In this document: positions 29,344 to 41,458 of the stretch, piece by piece
Layout: every line of letters starts with the position of its first letter
How positions within the stretch are numbered: the stretch's first letter is position 1
From: Kiloniellales bacterium
GTDB taxonomy: Bacteria > Pseudomonadota > Alphaproteobacteria > Kiloniellales > JAKSBE01
DNA: 58,576 nucleotides
Direction: 5' to 3'
NCBI GenBank assembly: GCA_028282935.1
Contig: JANQGU010000114.1
Coordinates: 1 to 58,576 of the forward strand
The notes under the pieces: generated by a model
The model's database searches: none
What the model was told of the DNA's origin: nothing
The model's input: only the letters and a program-made list of their open reading frames with translations
Translations under genes and position numbers: made by a program

Positions 29344-29820
29344 TCCGCGGCAGCAGGCCCCCTGGGGAGCCGGGGCCTTCGGGAAAGAGATCCCGAGGGC
29401 GCCGGGCTCCCGGCGATCCCTTCGGACGGCCCTCCGCCTTTCCCGTGGAAGGTTCTCGAGACCCTGTCACAGAACTTTAATGGCGCCGCCGCAGCGCACC
29501 GCAGGTGCCGGAAAAACACTCTTCACGAAGAAATACTTCGGCCTTGCTCAAGCATTGCGCGAATCGGATAGCGCCCACCCAACGCTAATCCTAGGCTTTT
29601 CCGTCAGTACGTTATCCGCTGCTCGACGACCGGATGACGAAGGGGAGAGAGGCTATCGGAACAACCGGCGCGGAATGACGCAGATCAGAGCGCCCGCACT
29701 TTCTCACCGTCATAGCCATACTCCTTAGCCGGCCGGTGGTCGCTGATCGTCCGCGAGAACGGGCTGGCGGCGATCCCGCATTCGACTGGCGGACGCGGGA
29801 AAACAGGGAGGGAGCGAGCG

Positions 29821-31173
29821 ATGCCGACCAGAACTTGGCTCAGTGCGTTTATTCTCGCGGTCTTGGTACCGACGGCCCTGTCGGTGCCGGCCGGGGCGCA
29901 GACGGTGGCGGTTGATGCCGAGCTGCTCCGACAATTGCAGGAACTCGTCCAGCAGCAGCAGCAGCAGCTCGGCGCCCAGGCCGAGACGATCGAGGCGCTC
30001 AAGTCCCGGGTCGACCAGCTCGAACAGAGGTCGACGGAGACCCAGAACATCGCGACCGAAGCCCAGTCGACCGCGGAAAAGGCCTTCGACACCGCGGAGA
30101 AGACCAGCGCCGGCCAGTTGCCGGACAAGGTCATCACCTCGGGCCAGGAGAAGATCAAGCTCGCCATCTCCGGCCAGCTCAACCGGGCGACGAACATCGC
30201 GGACGACGGCGACGAGACCAAGGCCTACTTCGTCGACAACGACGTCTCGAACTCGCGGGTCCGCTTCGTCGGCACGGGGCAGGTCACGCCTGAGACCACC
30301 TTGGGCACCACGGTCGAGATCGCCTTCAGCCCCAACAACTCCTTCGACGTCAGCCAGGACAACGAGCAGGCCGACGATTTCATCGACGTGCGCAAGGTGG
30401 AAGGCTCGGCCCGCAACGACAGCCTGGGCCGGCTGCTCTTCGGCAAGGGCGCGGCCGCGGCGGACGACACGGCGGAATACGATCTCTCGCTGGTCGCCGG
30501 GCCGATCATGTATTCGGGCGTGGCCGATATCGCCGGCGGCCTGGAGTTCCTCGACGATGGCGTCGGGAGCGGCGTCACGGTGGGCGACGCCTTCTTCAAC
30601 TTCGACGGCAACCGGCAGGATCGGGTTCGCTACGACTCCCCGGTCTTCGGCCCGGGCGTGCAGCTCGCGGTCTCGGCCGGCTCGGACCAGCGCTACGACG
30701 CGGCGCTGACCTGGGGCGGCGACTACGGCGACTGGACCGGCGTCGATATCGCCGACTTCTCCACCCTGGGCGCGATCTCGATCCGAGAGCCGAACGCCGA
30801 CAACGTCAGATGGCGCCTGGCAGGCTCCTACTCGGTCCTGCACAACCCGACCGGACTCAGCCTCACGGTCTCCGGCGGCATGGACTCGAAGAACCGCGGC
30901 GACGACCCCTACAACCTCTACGGCAAGCTGGGCTGGGACACCTCGTTCTTCCAGTTCGGCCCGACCGGCTTCGGCGTCGACTACACCTTCAGCCAGGACG
31001 TCTCCGCCGACGGGGACGAGGGCATGTCGGTGGGCCTCGCGGCGATCCAGCTGATCGAGGACTTCGGCACTGAGCTCTACGCCCAGGTCCGCATCTACGA
31101 TCTCGATCGCGACAACGCCGCCAGCGTCGACGACATCGTCGTCGGCACGGTCGGCACGCGGATCAAATTCTGA
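29821..31173 (+). CDS. Outer-membrane porin with N-terminal coiled coil
   Basis: Signal peptide, coiled coil, ISGQLNR, SNSRVRFVG, RVRYDSP; terminal Phe (GTRIKF). Confidence 0.85.
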   Translation: MPTRTWLSAFILAVLVPTALSVPAGAQTVAVDAELLRQLQELVQQQQQQLGAQAETIEALKSRVDQLEQRSTETQNIATEAQSTAEKAFDTAEKTSAGQLPDKVITSGQEKIKLAISGQLNRATNIADDGDETKAYFVDNDVSNSRVRFVGTGQVTPETTLGTTVEIAFSPNNSFDVSQDNEQADDFIDVRKVEGSARNDSLGRLLFGKGAAAADDTAEYDLSLVAGPIMYSGVADIAGGLEFLDDGVGSGVTVGDAFFNFDGNRQDRVRYDSPVFGPGVQLAVSAGSDQRYDAALTWGGDYGDWTGVDIADFSTLGAISIREPNADNVRWRLAGSYSVLHNPTGLSLTVSGGMDSKNRGDDPYNLYGKLGWDTSFFQFGPTGFGVDYTFSQDVSADGDEGMSVGLAAIQLIEDFGTELYAQVRIYDLDRDNAASVDDIVVGTVGTRIKF

Positions 31174-31421
31174 TGCGCGGCCTGGCCGCGGTCCTCGCCT
31201 GCGCCCTGCTGCTGGGCTGCGCCGGCGTCGAGATGAAGCCGGGCACGAAGTCCCATGCCCGCCGGGAGATCCCGCCGGGTCCGGGGATTCTGACCGGCGA
31301 GCAGGGCGAGTTCGTGCTGTTTCGCTTGGAAGGCGCGCCCAGCGAAGAAGAAGCGGCCGGCGCGGACGAAGCCGGCAAGGCAGGCAGGGAAGACGAGGCC
31401 GGGCCGGCAGCGAAACCCTAA
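31173..31421 (+). CDS. Small lipoprotein
   Basis: LLGC lipobox; GPGILTGEQGEFVL; start coupled to the porin stop. Confidence 0.7.
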   Translation: MRGLAAVLACALLLGCAGVEMKPGTKSHARREIPPGPGILTGEQGEFVLFRLEGAPSEEEAAGADEAGKAGREDEAGPAAKP

Positions 31422-31562
31422 TGTTCCGCTGCGGCCCTTAGAGGTGCCGGACATCCTTGCCCCGGAGCGGGGCAGGCGGAGTGACGGACGAGGGTCGTAT
31501 CGGATAGGCGACGATGACGACGGACCATGCGTGCGGGTCCAACGCAGGGGAAGCGTGACACC

Positions 31563-32969
31563 ATGAAACTGAAGTTCCCGAGTGCCTACACGATCCTGTT
31601 CGGCCTGATCATCGCGGTCGCGATCGCGACCTGGTTCGTTCCGGCCGGCGAATACGACCGGGAGACCAACGAGGCGCTGGGCCGGGAGGTGCCGGTCCCC
31701 GGCACCTACAAGGAGGTCGAGCCGAACCCGCAAGGCTTCGTCGACGTGGTCCTCGCGCCCATCGCCGGCTTCTACGACCCCGACAGCTACGAGGCGGCGG
31801 CGATCGACGTCGCGCTCTTCGTGCTGGTCATCGGCGGGTTCCTGGGGATCGTGACCAAGACCGGCGCGATCGACGCCGGCATCGGCGGCGCGATGCGCAG
31901 CCTCGAAGGCCGGGAGAAGTGGATGATCCCGATCCTCATGGCGCTCTTCGCGGCCGGCGGCACGATCTACGGCATGGCCGAGGAGTCCCTGGCCTTCTAC
32001 ACCCTGATCATCCCGGTCATGATCGCGGCGCGCTACGACGCCGTCACCGGGGTCGCCATCATCATGCTGGGCGCCGGCGTCGGCACCTTGGGCTCCACCA
32101 TCAACCCCTTCGCCACGGTGATCGCCGCCAACGCCGCCGGCGTGCCCTTCACCGACGGCATTGTGCTGCGCTTCGTCATTCTGATCCTCTGCTGGCTCGC
32201 CTGCGTCGCCTACGTGATGCGCTACGCGGAACGGGTCCGGCAGGACCCGGAGCGCTCCATCGTCGCGGACCGGCGGGCAGAGAACGAGGCGCACTTCCTC
32301 AAGGGGCGCGAGGAAGCCGACAACATGGAGCTGACGCTGACGCGCAAGATCGTCCTGGTGGTCTTCGCCGGCAGCTTCGCGGTCATGATCTGGGGCGTCT
32401 CCGCGGGGGGCTGGTGGATGGCGAAGATGTCGGCCCTCTTCATCGTGGCCTCGATCCTGGTCGGCGTGATCGCGCGCATGAGCGAGGAGGACTTCACCAA
32501 CACCTTCGTCGACGGCGCCCGCGACCTTCTGGGCGTCGCGCTGGTCATCGGCATCGCGCGCGGCATCGTGGTCGTGATGGACGCCGGCAAGATGACCGAC
32601 ACCATCCTGTTCTGGGCCGAGGGCGCGGTCAGCGGATTGCCGGCCGTCGCCTTCATCAACGCGATGTTCGGGCTCCAGGCGGCGCTCTCCTTCTTCGTGC
32701 CCTCGTCCTCGGGCCTGGCCGTGCTGACCATGCCGATCATGGCGCCGCTGTCCGACTTCGCCGCGGTCCAGCGCGACCTCGTGGTCACCGCCTATCAGTC
32801 GGCCAGCGGCCTGGTGAACCTGATCAACCCGACCTTCGCCGTGGTGATGGGCGGGCTGGCGCTGGGGCGGGTGCCCTACGAGCGTTGGCTGCGTTTCATG
32901 TTCCCTCTGCTGGTCATCCTGACCGTGATCATCATGGCCGTGATCAGCGTGGGCACACTGGTGCAATAG
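31563..32969 (+). CDS. YfcC/DcuC-like transporter, probable arginine/ornithine antiporter
   Basis: [36 protein letters not shown]; directly upstream of arcA. Confidence 0.88.
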   Translation: MKLKFPSAYTILFGLIIAVAIATWFVPAGEYDRETNEALGREVPVPGTYKEVEPNPQGFVDVVLAPIAGFYDPDSYEAAAIDVALFVLVIGGFLGIVTKTGAIDAGIGGAMRSLEGREKWMIPILMALFAAGGTIYGMAEESLAFYTLIIPVMIAARYDAVTGVAIIMLGAGVGTLGSTINPFATVIAANAAGVPFTDGIVLRFVILILCWLACVAYVMRYAERVRQDPERSIVADRRAENEAHFLKGREEADNMELTLTRKIVLVVFAGSFAVMIWGVSAGGWWMAKMSALFIVASILVGVIARMSEEDFTNTFVDGARDLLGVALVIGIARGIVVVMDAGKMTDTILFWAEGAVSGLPAVAFINAMFGLQAALSFFVPSSSGLAVLTMPIMAPLSDFAAVQRDLVVTAYQSASGLVNLINPTFAVVMGGLALGRVPYERWLRFMFPLLVILTVIIMAVISVGTLVQ

Positions 32970-33090
32970 GGGCATCCGGAGTGTTGCGGCAAGGCGCAGG
33001 GGCTGGAACCGGGTTCGACGGCGGCCGGAGCGAGGGCTTGGCGCTCCGCAGGCCGGGTCCGATAGCGAAAGCCATTCAAGGAGAAGCGAC

Positions 33091-34323
33091 ATGACGACCT
33101 TGGGAGTCCACTCGGAGATCGGCAAGCTGAGGAAGGTGATCATTCACCGCCCGGGTCTCGCGATCGCGCGGCTCACGCCGAGCAATTGCCACGACCTGCT
33201 TTTCGACGACGTCCTCTGGGTCAAGCAGGCCCGCCAGGAACACCTGGCCTTCGCCGACGAGATGCGCCATCGGGGTGTCGAGGTCTTCCTTTTCCGCGAG
33301 CTGCTGGAGGAGACGATCAAGGACCCGGCGGCGCGCGATTGGCTGCTAAAGCTGCGGATCTCCGAGAACACGGTCGGCATCGGCATGGCGCAGGACCTCC
33401 ACGATTGCCTGATGGAGATGGAGGCCTATCAGCTCTCGGTCCATCTGATCGGCGGGATCAACCGGGCGGAGCTGCCCTTCGAGCCCAAGGGCATGCTGGC
33501 GTCGCTGCTGGAGCCGCAGGACTTCGTCCTGGCGCCCTTGCCGAACCAGCTCTTCACCCGCGACCCCTCGGCCTGGATCTACGGCGGCGTGACGCTGCAC
33601 CCGATGTTCTGGCCGGCGCGCCGGGCCGAGACGCTCAACACCGCGGCGATCTACAAGTTCCATCCGATGTTCAAGGACGCGGACTTCCAGTTCTGGTGGG
33701 GCGACGACGTCGAGAACGACCACGGCATGGCGCACGTCGAGGGCGGCGACGTCATGCCGGTTGGCAAGGGGGTCGTGCTGATCGGCATGGGCGAGCGCAC
33801 GACGCCCCAGGCGGTCGGCCAGTTGGCGCGGAGCCTCTTCGCGAAAGGCGGTGCCGAGCGTGTCATCGCGGCCGCCATGCCCAAGGAGCGGGCGGCCATG
33901 CATCTGGACACGGTCTTCACCTTCTGCGACCGCGATGTCGTCAACATGTTCCCGGAGGTCGTCGACACAATCCGGTCCTTCTCCCTGCGACCGGGCGACA
34001 AGGAAGGCGAGATCTCGGTCGTCGAGGAGGCGAGCGACTTTCCGACCGTGGTCGCGGAGGCGCTCGGCATCAAGCAGCTCCGTCGCGTCCACACCGGCGG
34101 CGATGCCTACGAAGCCGAGCGCGAGCAGTGGGACGACGGCAACAACGTGGTCGCGCTGGAGCCGGGCGTGGTCGTGGCCTACGAGCGCAACACCTACACC
34201 AACACCCTGCTGCGCAAGGCGGGGATCGAGGTCGTCACCATCGCCGGCAACGAGCTGGGGCGCGGTCGGGGCGGCGGTCACTGCATGACCTGCCCGATCC
34301 TGCGCGACCCGGTCGACGACTAG
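33091..34323 (+). CDS. arcA: Arginine deiminase
   Basis: [31 protein letters not shown] and [11 protein letters not shown]. Confidence 0.97.
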   Translation: MTTLGVHSEIGKLRKVIIHRPGLAIARLTPSNCHDLLFDDVLWVKQARQEHLAFADEMRHRGVEVFLFRELLEETIKDPAARDWLLKLRISENTVGIGMAQDLHDCLMEMEAYQLSVHLIGGINRAELPFEPKGMLASLLEPQDFVLAPLPNQLFTRDPSAWIYGGVTLHPMFWPARRAETLNTAAIYKFHPMFKDADFQFWWGDDVENDHGMAHVEGGDVMPVGKGVVLIGMGERTTPQAVGQLARSLFAKGGAERVIAAAMPKERAAMHLDTVFTFCDRDVVNMFPEVVDTIRSFSLRPGDKEGEISVVEEASDFPTVVAEALGIKQLRRVHTGGDAYEAEREQWDDGNNVVALEPGVVVAYERNTYTNTLLRKAGIEVVTIAGNELGRGRGGGHCMTCPILRDPVDD

Positions 34324-34463
34324 GCCCGGCGGGCCGGGATCGGCGTTTAGCTTCGCGTTTACCCTTTCCTGAGATGGCTTGCCCGATTCGGATAGCGGGA
34401 ACCCGAAGCAGACCGTAGCGTTCAAGACTTGGCCGAGGGGCCGGAGAACGGAGGACAAGGACG

Positions 34464-35465
34464 ATGGCATTCAATCTGAAGGGACGCAATTTCCTCAAGG
34501 TGATGGACTTCGACCAGCGCGAGCTGCGCTATCTGCTCGATCTGTCCCGCGACCTGAAGCGCGCCAAGTACGCGGGGACCGAGCAGCAGCTCCTGAAGGG
34601 CAAGAACATCTGCCTGATCTTCGAGAAGACCTCGACCCGGACCATGTGCGCCTTCGAGGTGGCGGCCATGGATCAGGGTGCCGGCGTCACCTATCTCGGG
34701 CCCTCGGGTTCCCAGATCGGCCACAAGGAGTCCATGAAGGACACGGCGCGGGTCCTCGGCCGCATGTACGACGCCATCGAATACCGCGGCTTCGGGCAGG
34801 GGATCGTCGAGGAGCTGGGCCGCTACGCCGGGGTCCCGGTCTTCAATGGCCTGACCGACGAGTTCCATCCGACCCAGATGCTGGCCGACGTCCTGACCAT
34901 GCGCGAGCACAGCGACAAGCCGCTGCACGACATCGCCTATGCCTTCGTCGGCGATGCCCGCAGCAACATGGGCCACTCCCTGATGATCGTCGGCTGCATC
35001 CTGGGCATGGATGTCCGGCTCGCCGCGCCCAAGGCGAACTGGCCGAGCGACGAGTACCTGGGCCCGGCGCGCGAGCTCGCCGAGACCTACGGCGCGCGCC
35101 TGACCATCACCGAGGACCCGCACGAGGCGGTCCAGGGCGCCGACTTCATCCACACCGACGTCTGGGTCTCGATGGGCGAGCCGGCGGAGGTCTGGGAGGA
35201 GCGGATCAAGCTGCTGAAGCCTTATCAGGTCACCAGTGAGCTGATGGCCGCGACCGGCGTGCCCAGCACCAAGTTCATGCACTGCCTGCCGGCCTTCCAC
35301 AACCGCGAGACCAAGGTCGGCGAGGAGATGTTCGAGAAGTTCGGGATCTCCGAGATGGAGGTCACCGACGAGGTCTTCGAGTCGCCGGCCGGGATCCAGT
35401 TCGAGCAGGCCGAGAACCGCATGCACACGATCAAGGCGGTCCTCGTCGCGACCATCGGGAGCTGA
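34464..35465 (+). CDS. arcB: Ornithine carbamoyltransferase (catabolic by context)
   Basis: [27 protein letters not shown] and ENRMHTIKA. Confidence 0.96.
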   Translation: MAFNLKGRNFLKVMDFDQRELRYLLDLSRDLKRAKYAGTEQQLLKGKNICLIFEKTSTRTMCAFEVAAMDQGAGVTYLGPSGSQIGHKESMKDTARVLGRMYDAIEYRGFGQGIVEELGRYAGVPVFNGLTDEFHPTQMLADVLTMREHSDKPLHDIAYAFVGDARSNMGHSLMIVGCILGMDVRLAAPKANWPSDEYLGPARELAETYGARLTITEDPHEAVQGADFIHTDVWVSMGEPAEVWEERIKLLKPYQVTSELMAATGVPSTKFMHCLPAFHNRETKVGEEMFEKFGISEMEVTDEVFESPAGIQFEQAENRMHTIKAVLVATIGS

Positions 35466-35468
35466 GCC

Positions 35469-36407
35469 ATGCGTGTCGTCATCGCCCTCGGCGGCAACGC
35501 CTTGCTGCGCCGCGGCCAGGCCCTGACCGCAGAGAACCAGCGCGAGAACGTCCGGGTCGCCGCCGAGGCGATGGCGCCGATCGCCGAGAAGCACCAGCTC
35601 GTGATCTCCCACGGCAACGGCCCTCAGGTCGGCCTGCTCGCCCTGCAGGGGGCGGCCTACAAGCCGGAGGAGACCTATCCCCTCGACGTGCTGGGGGCCG
35701 AGACCGAGGGCATGATCGGCTACATGATCGAGCAGGAGATGGGCAACCTGCTGCCGGTCGAGGTGCCCTTCGCGACCATCCTGACGATGATCGAGGTCGA
35801 CCCCGCGGATCCGGCCTTCCAGAACCCGACCAAGTTCATCGGCCCCGTCTACGAGGAGGCGGACGCCCGCCGGCTGGCGGAAGAGAAGGGCTGGTCGATC
35901 AAGCCGGACGGCGACAAGTGGCGCCGTGTCGTGGCCTCGCCCTTGCCCAAGCGGATCTTCGAGATCCGCCCGATCAAGTGGCTGATGGAACAGAACACCA
36001 TCGTGATCTGCGCCGGCGGTGGCGGCATCCCGACGGTCTACGACGAGAACCGCAAGCTCCACGGTGTCGAGGCGGTGATCGACAAGGACCTCGCGAGCGA
36101 GCTTCTGGCCCGCGATCTGGATGCCGACCTCTTCATCATGGCGACCGACGCCGACGCGGTCTATCTCGACTGGGGCAAGCCCGGGGCCCGCGGCATCAGG
36201 CTTGCGGCACCGGCCGCCCTGCGGGAGCACGAGTTCGCGGCCGGGTCGATGGGACCCAAGGTCGCGGCGGCTTGCCAGTTCGCCGAGCGAACCGGCAAGG
36301 CAGCCGCGATCGGCGCCCTGGCCGACCTTCCTGCTATAGTGGAAGGCAGGGCGGGCACGACCGTGAGCGGTGCCGCCGAAGGGATGGCGTTTCACGGCTC
36401 GGCCTGA
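35469..36407 (+). CDS. arcC: Carbamate kinase
   Basis: [20 protein letters not shown] and GSMGPK. Confidence 0.96.
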   Translation: MRVVIALGGNALLRRGQALTAENQRENVRVAAEAMAPIAEKHQLVISHGNGPQVGLLALQGAAYKPEETYPLDVLGAETEGMIGYMIEQEMGNLLPVEVPFATILTMIEVDPADPAFQNPTKFIGPVYEEADARRLAEEKGWSIKPDGDKWRRVVASPLPKRIFEIRPIKWLMEQNTIVICAGGGGIPTVYDENRKLHGVEAVIDKDLASELLARDLDADLFIMATDADAVYLDWGKPGARGIRLAAPAALREHEFAAGSMGPKVAAACQFAERTGKAAAIGALADLPAIVEGRAGTTVSGAAEGMAFHGSA

Positions 36408-36476
36408 GCCGGAGGACGAGCGGCCCCAGGGGGACGGCCCCGCAAAGGGGCGAAGGGCCGCTCGGGGAACAGGGAG

Positions 36477-37913
36477 ATGGCGGGCATGACGCGCGAGCTT
36501 GTGCGTTATTCGAGAATTCTGTCGATCGTCGGAGACATCCTGCAGGTCCAGGTGCCCGAGCCCGGCGAGGGCGAGGAAGCTGTCGTGCGCTTCAAGGACC
36601 TCGCCATCGTCGAGGAGGAGGACGGCCGCAAGTCCCTGGCCCAGGTCATCAACATCGTGCGCGACGCCGTGTCGCTGCAGATCTTCACCGGGACCAAGGG
36701 CGTCTCGACCAGCGCCACCGTGACCTTCCTCGGCCATCCGATGCAGACGACCTATTCGCCGAACATCCTCGGCCGGGTCTTCACGGGGGCGGGGGCGCCC
36801 CTGGACTCCGGCCCCGACCTCTCCATGGACCCGAAGGTCGATATCGGCGGGCCCTCGGTGAACCCGGTCGAGCGGATCGTGCCGACCAAGATGATCCGCA
36901 CCGACGTGCCGATGATCGACGTCTTCAACTGCCTGGTCGAAAGCCAGAAGATCCCGATCTTCTCGGTCTCGGGCGAGCCCTACAATCCCTTCCTGGCGCG
37001 GATCGGCATCCAGGCCGACGCCGACATCGTGGTCTTCGGCGGCCTGGGCCTGATCTTCGACGACTACTACACCTTCCGGAAGGCTTTCGAGGACGCCGGC
37101 GTCTTCTCGCGCACGGTGATGTTCGTCAACCAGGCCTCGGACCCGATCGTCGAGCGCCTGCTGGTACCGGACATGGCCCTGGCGGTCGCCGAGCGCTTCG
37201 CGGTCGAGGAGGGCAAGCGGGTCCTGGTCCTGCTGACCGACATGACCGCCTACGCGGACGCCCTGAAGGAGATCGGCATCTCCATGGAGCGGGTGCCCTC
37301 GAACCGGGGCTACATGGGCGACCTCTACTCGCAGCTCGCCCGCCGCTACGAGAAGGCCTGCGACTACGCCAAGGGCGGCTCGGTCACGATCCTGGCCGCG
37401 ACGACCATGCCCGGCAACGACGTGACCCATCCGGTGCCCGACAACACCGGCTACATCACCGAGGGCCAGTTCTACCTGCACAGCGGCGTCATCGATCCCT
37501 TCGGCTCGCTGTCCCGGCTCAAGCAGAACGTCATCGGCAAGGTGACCCGCGAGGACCACGGCCAGATCATGAACACCATGATCCGCTTCTATTCCGAGGG
37601 CCAGGACGCCGCCCAGAAGCAGGCCATGGCCTTCGACCTCTCGGACTACGACCACCAGCTCCTCAAGTTCAACCGGCTGTTCCGCGAGCGCTTCATGGAC
37701 ATCGAGGTGTCGATCCCGCTCGAGGAGGCGCTCGACCTGGGCTGGCGGACCCTGGCCGAGTGCTTCCGGCCCGAGCAGCTCCTGATGAAGCAGGACCTGA
37801 TAAGCAAGTACTTCCCGCAGGACGTCTCACCGCCGGTGGAACCCGTCGAGGCGGGGGGCGAGGTGGAGGCGGAAGGACCGGGAGGCGGCCATGGCGAAGC
37901 TGCAGCTCAGTAA
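36477..37913 (+). CDS. ntpB: V/A-type ATPase subunit B
   Basis: [19 protein letters not shown] and [14 protein letters not shown]. Confidence 0.95.
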   Translation: MAGMTRELVRYSRILSIVGDILQVQVPEPGEGEEAVVRFKDLAIVEEEDGRKSLAQVINIVRDAVSLQIFTGTKGVSTSATVTFLGHPMQTTYSPNILGRVFTGAGAPLDSGPDLSMDPKVDIGGPSVNPVERIVPTKMIRTDVPMIDVFNCLVESQKIPIFSVSGEPYNPFLARIGIQADADIVVFGGLGLIFDDYYTFRKAFEDAGVFSRTVMFVNQASDPIVERLLVPDMALAVAERFAVEEGKRVLVLLTDMTAYADALKEIGISMERVPSNRGYMGDLYSQLARRYEKACDYAKGGSVTILAATTMPGNDVTHPVPDNTGYITEGQFYLHSGVIDPFGSLSRLKQNVIGKVTREDHGQIMNTMIRFYSEGQDAAQKQAMAFDLSDYDHQLLKFNRLFRERFMDIEVSIPLEEALDLGWRTLAECFRPEQLLMKQDLISKYFPQDVSPPVEPVEAGGEVEAEGPGGGHGEAAAQ

Positions 37914-38496
37914 GTCGGCGCTCGCCAAGGAGCAGAAGAGCCTCAGGACCTACCAGCGCTTCCTGCCCTCACTCGACCTCAAGCGCCAGCAGGTGATGGC
38001 CGAAAAGGCCAAGGCCGAACGGGCCCTGGCGGAGCGGCGACGCGAGATCGAGGCGCTCCGCAAGGAGGCCGGCGAGACGCTGCCCATGCTCGCCCTTTCC
38101 GAGGTGGAGCTGACCGGTCTGGTGAAGCTGACCGGCGTGAAGATCGGCAGCGAGAACGTCGTCGGCACGCACCTGCCGCGGCTCGAGGACATCGAGGTCG
38201 AGGTCCGGCCCTACGCCTACCTGGGCCGGCCGCCCTGGGTCGACCGCACGGTGGAGATGCTGCGCAAGATGCTCGAGCTGCGGGTTCGCGCCCAGGTCGA
38301 GGAGCGCCGCGTGGCGCTGCTGGCGCAGGCGGTCAAGACGGTGACCCAGCGGGTCAACCTCTTCGACAAGGTCCTGATCCCGGAGGCCCAGGGCAGCATC
38401 AAGCGGATCCAGATCTACCTCTCCGATATGGAAACGGCGGCCGTCGTCCGCTCCAAGATCGCCAAGAAGAAGCACGCCGCAGCGGGGGCCGCATGA
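37891..38496 (+). CDS. ntpD: V/A-type ATPase subunit D
   Basis: [10 protein letters not shown] and [13 protein letters not shown]. Confidence 0.93.
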   Translation: MAKLQLSKSALAKEQKSLRTYQRFLPSLDLKRQQVMAEKAKAERALAERRREIEALRKEAGETLPMLALSEVELTGLVKLTGVKIGSENVVGTHLPRLEDIEVEVRPYAYLGRPPWVDRTVEMLRKMLELRVRAQVEERRVALLAQAVKTVTQRVNLFDKVLIPEAQGSIKRIQIYLSDMETAAVVRSKIAKKKHAAAGAA

Positions 38497-40292
38497 GCAT
38501 CGCGCGGGTCAAGCGGGTCACCGTCTGCGGCCTTTCCAGCGAAAAGGACGGCCTCCTGGAGGGCCTGCAGGCGCTCGGCTGCCTGCACCTGCTGCCCCTG
38601 CGGCCGGCGCCGGCCGAGCCGGAGAAGGTGGCGAGCCCCCGGGCCGAATCGGCCTACAAGGCCCTGCGCTTCCTCACCGACATGCCCGAGAAGCGCAAGC
38701 AGGTCACCAAGGATCCGCGGTTCGACGTGGAGAGCGTCGTGCAGGAGGCGCTTGCCGTGAAGGACCGGCTGCGCGACGCCACCGATCGCCGGGACTTCCT
38801 CGAGCATCGCATCGCCCAGGTCGAGCCCTGGGGGGATATCGCCTTTCCGCCCCACGCGGAGCTCGCCGGCTACCGGCTGTGGTTCTACATCCTGCCCTCG
38901 GGCAAGGCCGGCGCGCTCAGGGAGGTCGAGCTGCCCTGGCAGATCGTCCGCAAGGACAACCACTTCACCTATGTCGTGGTGATCGCCCAGGAAGAGCCGC
39001 CGGGCGACCTCCTGCCGGTGCCGCGAACCCACACCGGCGCGCTGCCGCTGCTGGCGCTGAAGGACCGGCTCGAGGAGACCGAGGTCGAGATCGAGGACAT
39101 CGTCGCCCAGCGGCTGGCGCTGACGCGCTACATCTATCTGCTGAGCGTCAATCTCGCCGAGGCCGAGAACCGGGCTTCGCTCGCCTATGCCGATCAGCAG
39201 GTCCGGGAGGAGGACGGGATCGTCGCGGTCCAGGGCTGGGTCCCCGAGGACGCCATACCGGAGGTCGAGGCCTTCGCGGAGGAGCGGGGGCTCGCCTGCC
39301 TGCTGGAGGATCCCAAGCCGGAGGAGGAGCCGCCGACCTTGATCGAGGAGACGCCCGAGATGGTCGCCGGCGTCGATCTGGCCATGTTCTACACGGTGCC
39401 GCCCTACCGCATGTGGGACCCCAGCGTGGTCCTGTTCTTCTCCTTCTCCGTCTTCTTCGCCATGATCGTGGCCGACGCTGGCTATGCCGCGGTCCTGCTG
39501 GCCGGCCTCTTCGTCTTCTGGAAGCGGCTGGGGCGGGGCGCGAGGGGCCGCTCCTATCGCCTGCTCGGCCTGTCGATGCTGGGCTGCACCCTGGTCTACG
39601 GCGTCCTGACCGGCAGCTACTTCGGCGTGGCGCCCGCGGCGGACTCGCTACCCGGCGCCCTGCAGGTGCTCGACTTGAACGACTACGACGCGATGATGCG
39701 GCTCTCGATCATGATCGGCGTGCTGCACTTGGCGATGGGCAATGCCGTGGTCGCTTACACGAAGCGCGGAAGCCGGACCGCGATCGCGAACCTCGGCTGG
39801 ATCGTGGGACTCTTCGGCGCGACGGCCCTGGTCTTCGCCACGCCCGGCGGCACCCTGGCGGAGGCCGCCCCCTACGTTCTCGGAGCCGGCGTGGCCGCGA
39901 TCTTCCTGTTCTCCAGCGAGCGCCCGATCGTCGACCGGCCGATGGACTACCTCTGGCGCGCGCTCGACGGCCTCAAGGCCCTGATGGGCATCATGGGCGC
40001 CTTCGGCGACGTGCTCAGCTACATGCGCCTCTTCGCGCTGGGCCTGGCGAGCGCCTCGCTCGCCCTGACCTTCAACAGCCTGGCGATGCAGGCCAAGGAC
40101 GCGGCGCCGGGCCTCGGCCTGCTCTTCGCCATCCTGATCCTGATCGGCGGACACGTCGTCAACCTGGGCCTGGCGATCATGAGCGGCGTGGTCCACGGCC
40201 TCAGGCTCAACTTCATCGAATTCTACAAGTGGGGAATGCCGGGAGAGGGGAGTCCCTTCCGGAGGTTTGCCCGCAAGGAGGTGCAACCGTGA
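38493..40292 (+). CDS. ntpI: V/A-type ATPase subunit I (a)
   Basis: FAMIVADAGY, DVLSYMRLFALGL and VHGLRLNFIEF. Confidence 0.94.
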   Translation: MSIARVKRVTVCGLSSEKDGLLEGLQALGCLHLLPLRPAPAEPEKVASPRAESAYKALRFLTDMPEKRKQVTKDPRFDVESVVQEALAVKDRLRDATDRRDFLEHRIAQVEPWGDIAFPPHAELAGYRLWFYILPSGKAGALREVELPWQIVRKDNHFTYVVVIAQEEPPGDLLPVPRTHTGALPLLALKDRLEETEVEIEDIVAQRLALTRYIYLLSVNLAEAENRASLAYADQQVREEDGIVAVQGWVPEDAIPEVEAFAEERGLACLLEDPKPEEEPPTLIEETPEMVAGVDLAMFYTVPPYRMWDPSVVLFFSFSVFFAMIVADAGYAAVLLAGLFVFWKRLGRGARGRSYRLLGLSMLGCTLVYGVLTGSYFGVAPAADSLPGALQVLDLNDYDAMMRLSIMIGVLHLAMGNAVVAYTKRGSRTAIANLGWIVGLFGATALVFATPGGTLAEAAPYVLGAGVAAIFLFSSERPIVDRPMDYLWRALDGLKALMGIMGAFGDVLSYMRLFALGLASASLALTFNSLAMQAKDAAPGLGLLFAILILIGGHVVNLGLAIMSGVVHGLRLNFIEFYKWGMPGEGSPFRRFARKEVQP

Positions 40293-40747
40293 ATGAACTC
40301 GTAGTGGCACTGGGCTGGGTCGGCATCTACTCGCCGATGGCCATTGGCGCGATCGGCAGCTCCATCGGCTGCGCCCTCGCGGGGGCGGCGGCCTGCGGGG
40401 CGATGCTCGAGACCGAGGGCGGCTACGGCCGCTTCATCGGGCTGACGGCGCTGCCGTCGTCCTTCGTGATCTACGGCATCGTCGTCATGTTCACGCTCAA
40501 CCGCGAGGTGACGCCGGAGAACGCCGGGGCCCTGTTCGGGATCGGCTTCTTCGCCGGTCTCGCCTTTCTCTATGCGGGGATCTATCAGGGCCGCTCCTGC
40601 GCCGATGCGATCAACGCCGCCAAGGAGAAGCCCGAGATCTTCGGCCTCTCGATCGCGCCGGCCGCGATCATCGAGGGCTTCGCGGTCTTCGCCTTCGTCT
40701 TCGCGCTGGTGGTCAGCGCGGGTATCCCGGCGGCGGGAGGCTCCTGA
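40289..40747 (+). CDS. ntpK: V/A-type ATPase subunit K (c), two-hairpin type
   Basis: GTG start after AAGGAGG; four TM helices; LPSSFVIYG, GIYQG and AIIEGFAVF. Confidence 0.9.
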   Translation: MNELVVALGWVGIYSPMAIGAIGSSIGCALAGAAACGAMLETEGGYGRFIGLTALPSSFVIYGIVVMFTLNREVTPENAGALFGIGFFAGLAFLYAGIYQGRSCADAINAAKEKPEIFGLSIAPAAIIEGFAVFAFVFALVVSAGIPAAGGS

Positions 40748-41442
40748 TGGCCAAGGCAGCGAAGGAGGCGCTGCCTCCCGCGAGCGGGGTCGACGCCCTG
40801 ATTGCCAAGCTTCGCGACGAGGGCGTCTCGGCGGGCCGCAGCGAGGCCGAGAAGATCGTCGCCGAGGCCCATGCCAGGGCCAAGCAGATCGTCGACAAGG
40901 CCAAGGCCGAGGCCAAGCAGCACCTCGCGGCCGCCCAGAAGGAGGGCGACGCCTACCAGTCGGCCGGTCAGGAGGCGGTGAAGACCGCCATGCGCGACAC
41001 CGTGCTCGACATGAAGGCCCAGCTCATGCAGCGCTTCAGCGCGGACGTCAAGCGGCTGGCCTCCGAGGAGCTCGGCAAGGACGAGACCCTCAAGCAGATG
41101 ATCCTCGAGCTGGTCGGCCGGGCGCGCGAGGACACCGGCCTGGCCAAGGCGGAGGAGATCGAGGTCATTCTGCCGGAGAAGGCCGCGGGGCTGGAGGAGC
41201 TGCGCAAGAACCCGGCGGAGCTGCAGAAGGGCAGGGCGACCAGGTACGTCCTGGGCCTGACCGACGAGATGCTGCGCGAAGGCGTGACTTTCTCGGCGTC
41301 CGAGGACATCGAGTCCGGCGTCCGGATCCGCGTCGTCGAGGGCAACATCACGATCGACCTCACCGACGAAGCGATCGCGGCCTTGCTGCTGCAGCACCTG
41401 CAACCGCGGTTTCGTGCGGTGCTCGAAGGCATCGTGAAGTAG
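40747..41442 (+). CDS. ntpE: V/A-type ATPase subunit E
   Basis: GVDALIAKLRDEGV coiled coil and HLQPRFRA; position within the operon. Confidence 0.85.
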   Translation: MAKAAKEALPPASGVDALIAKLRDEGVSAGRSEAEKIVAEAHARAKQIVDKAKAEAKQHLAAAQKEGDAYQSAGQEAVKTAMRDTVLDMKAQLMQRFSADVKRLASEELGKDETLKQMILELVGRAREDTGLAKAEEIEVILPEKAAGLEELRKNPAELQKGRATRYVLGLTDEMLREGVTFSASEDIESGVRIRVVEGNITIDLTDEAIAALLLQHLQPRFRAVLEGIVK

Positions 41443-41458
41443 CGCCGGGTTCGGGGCG

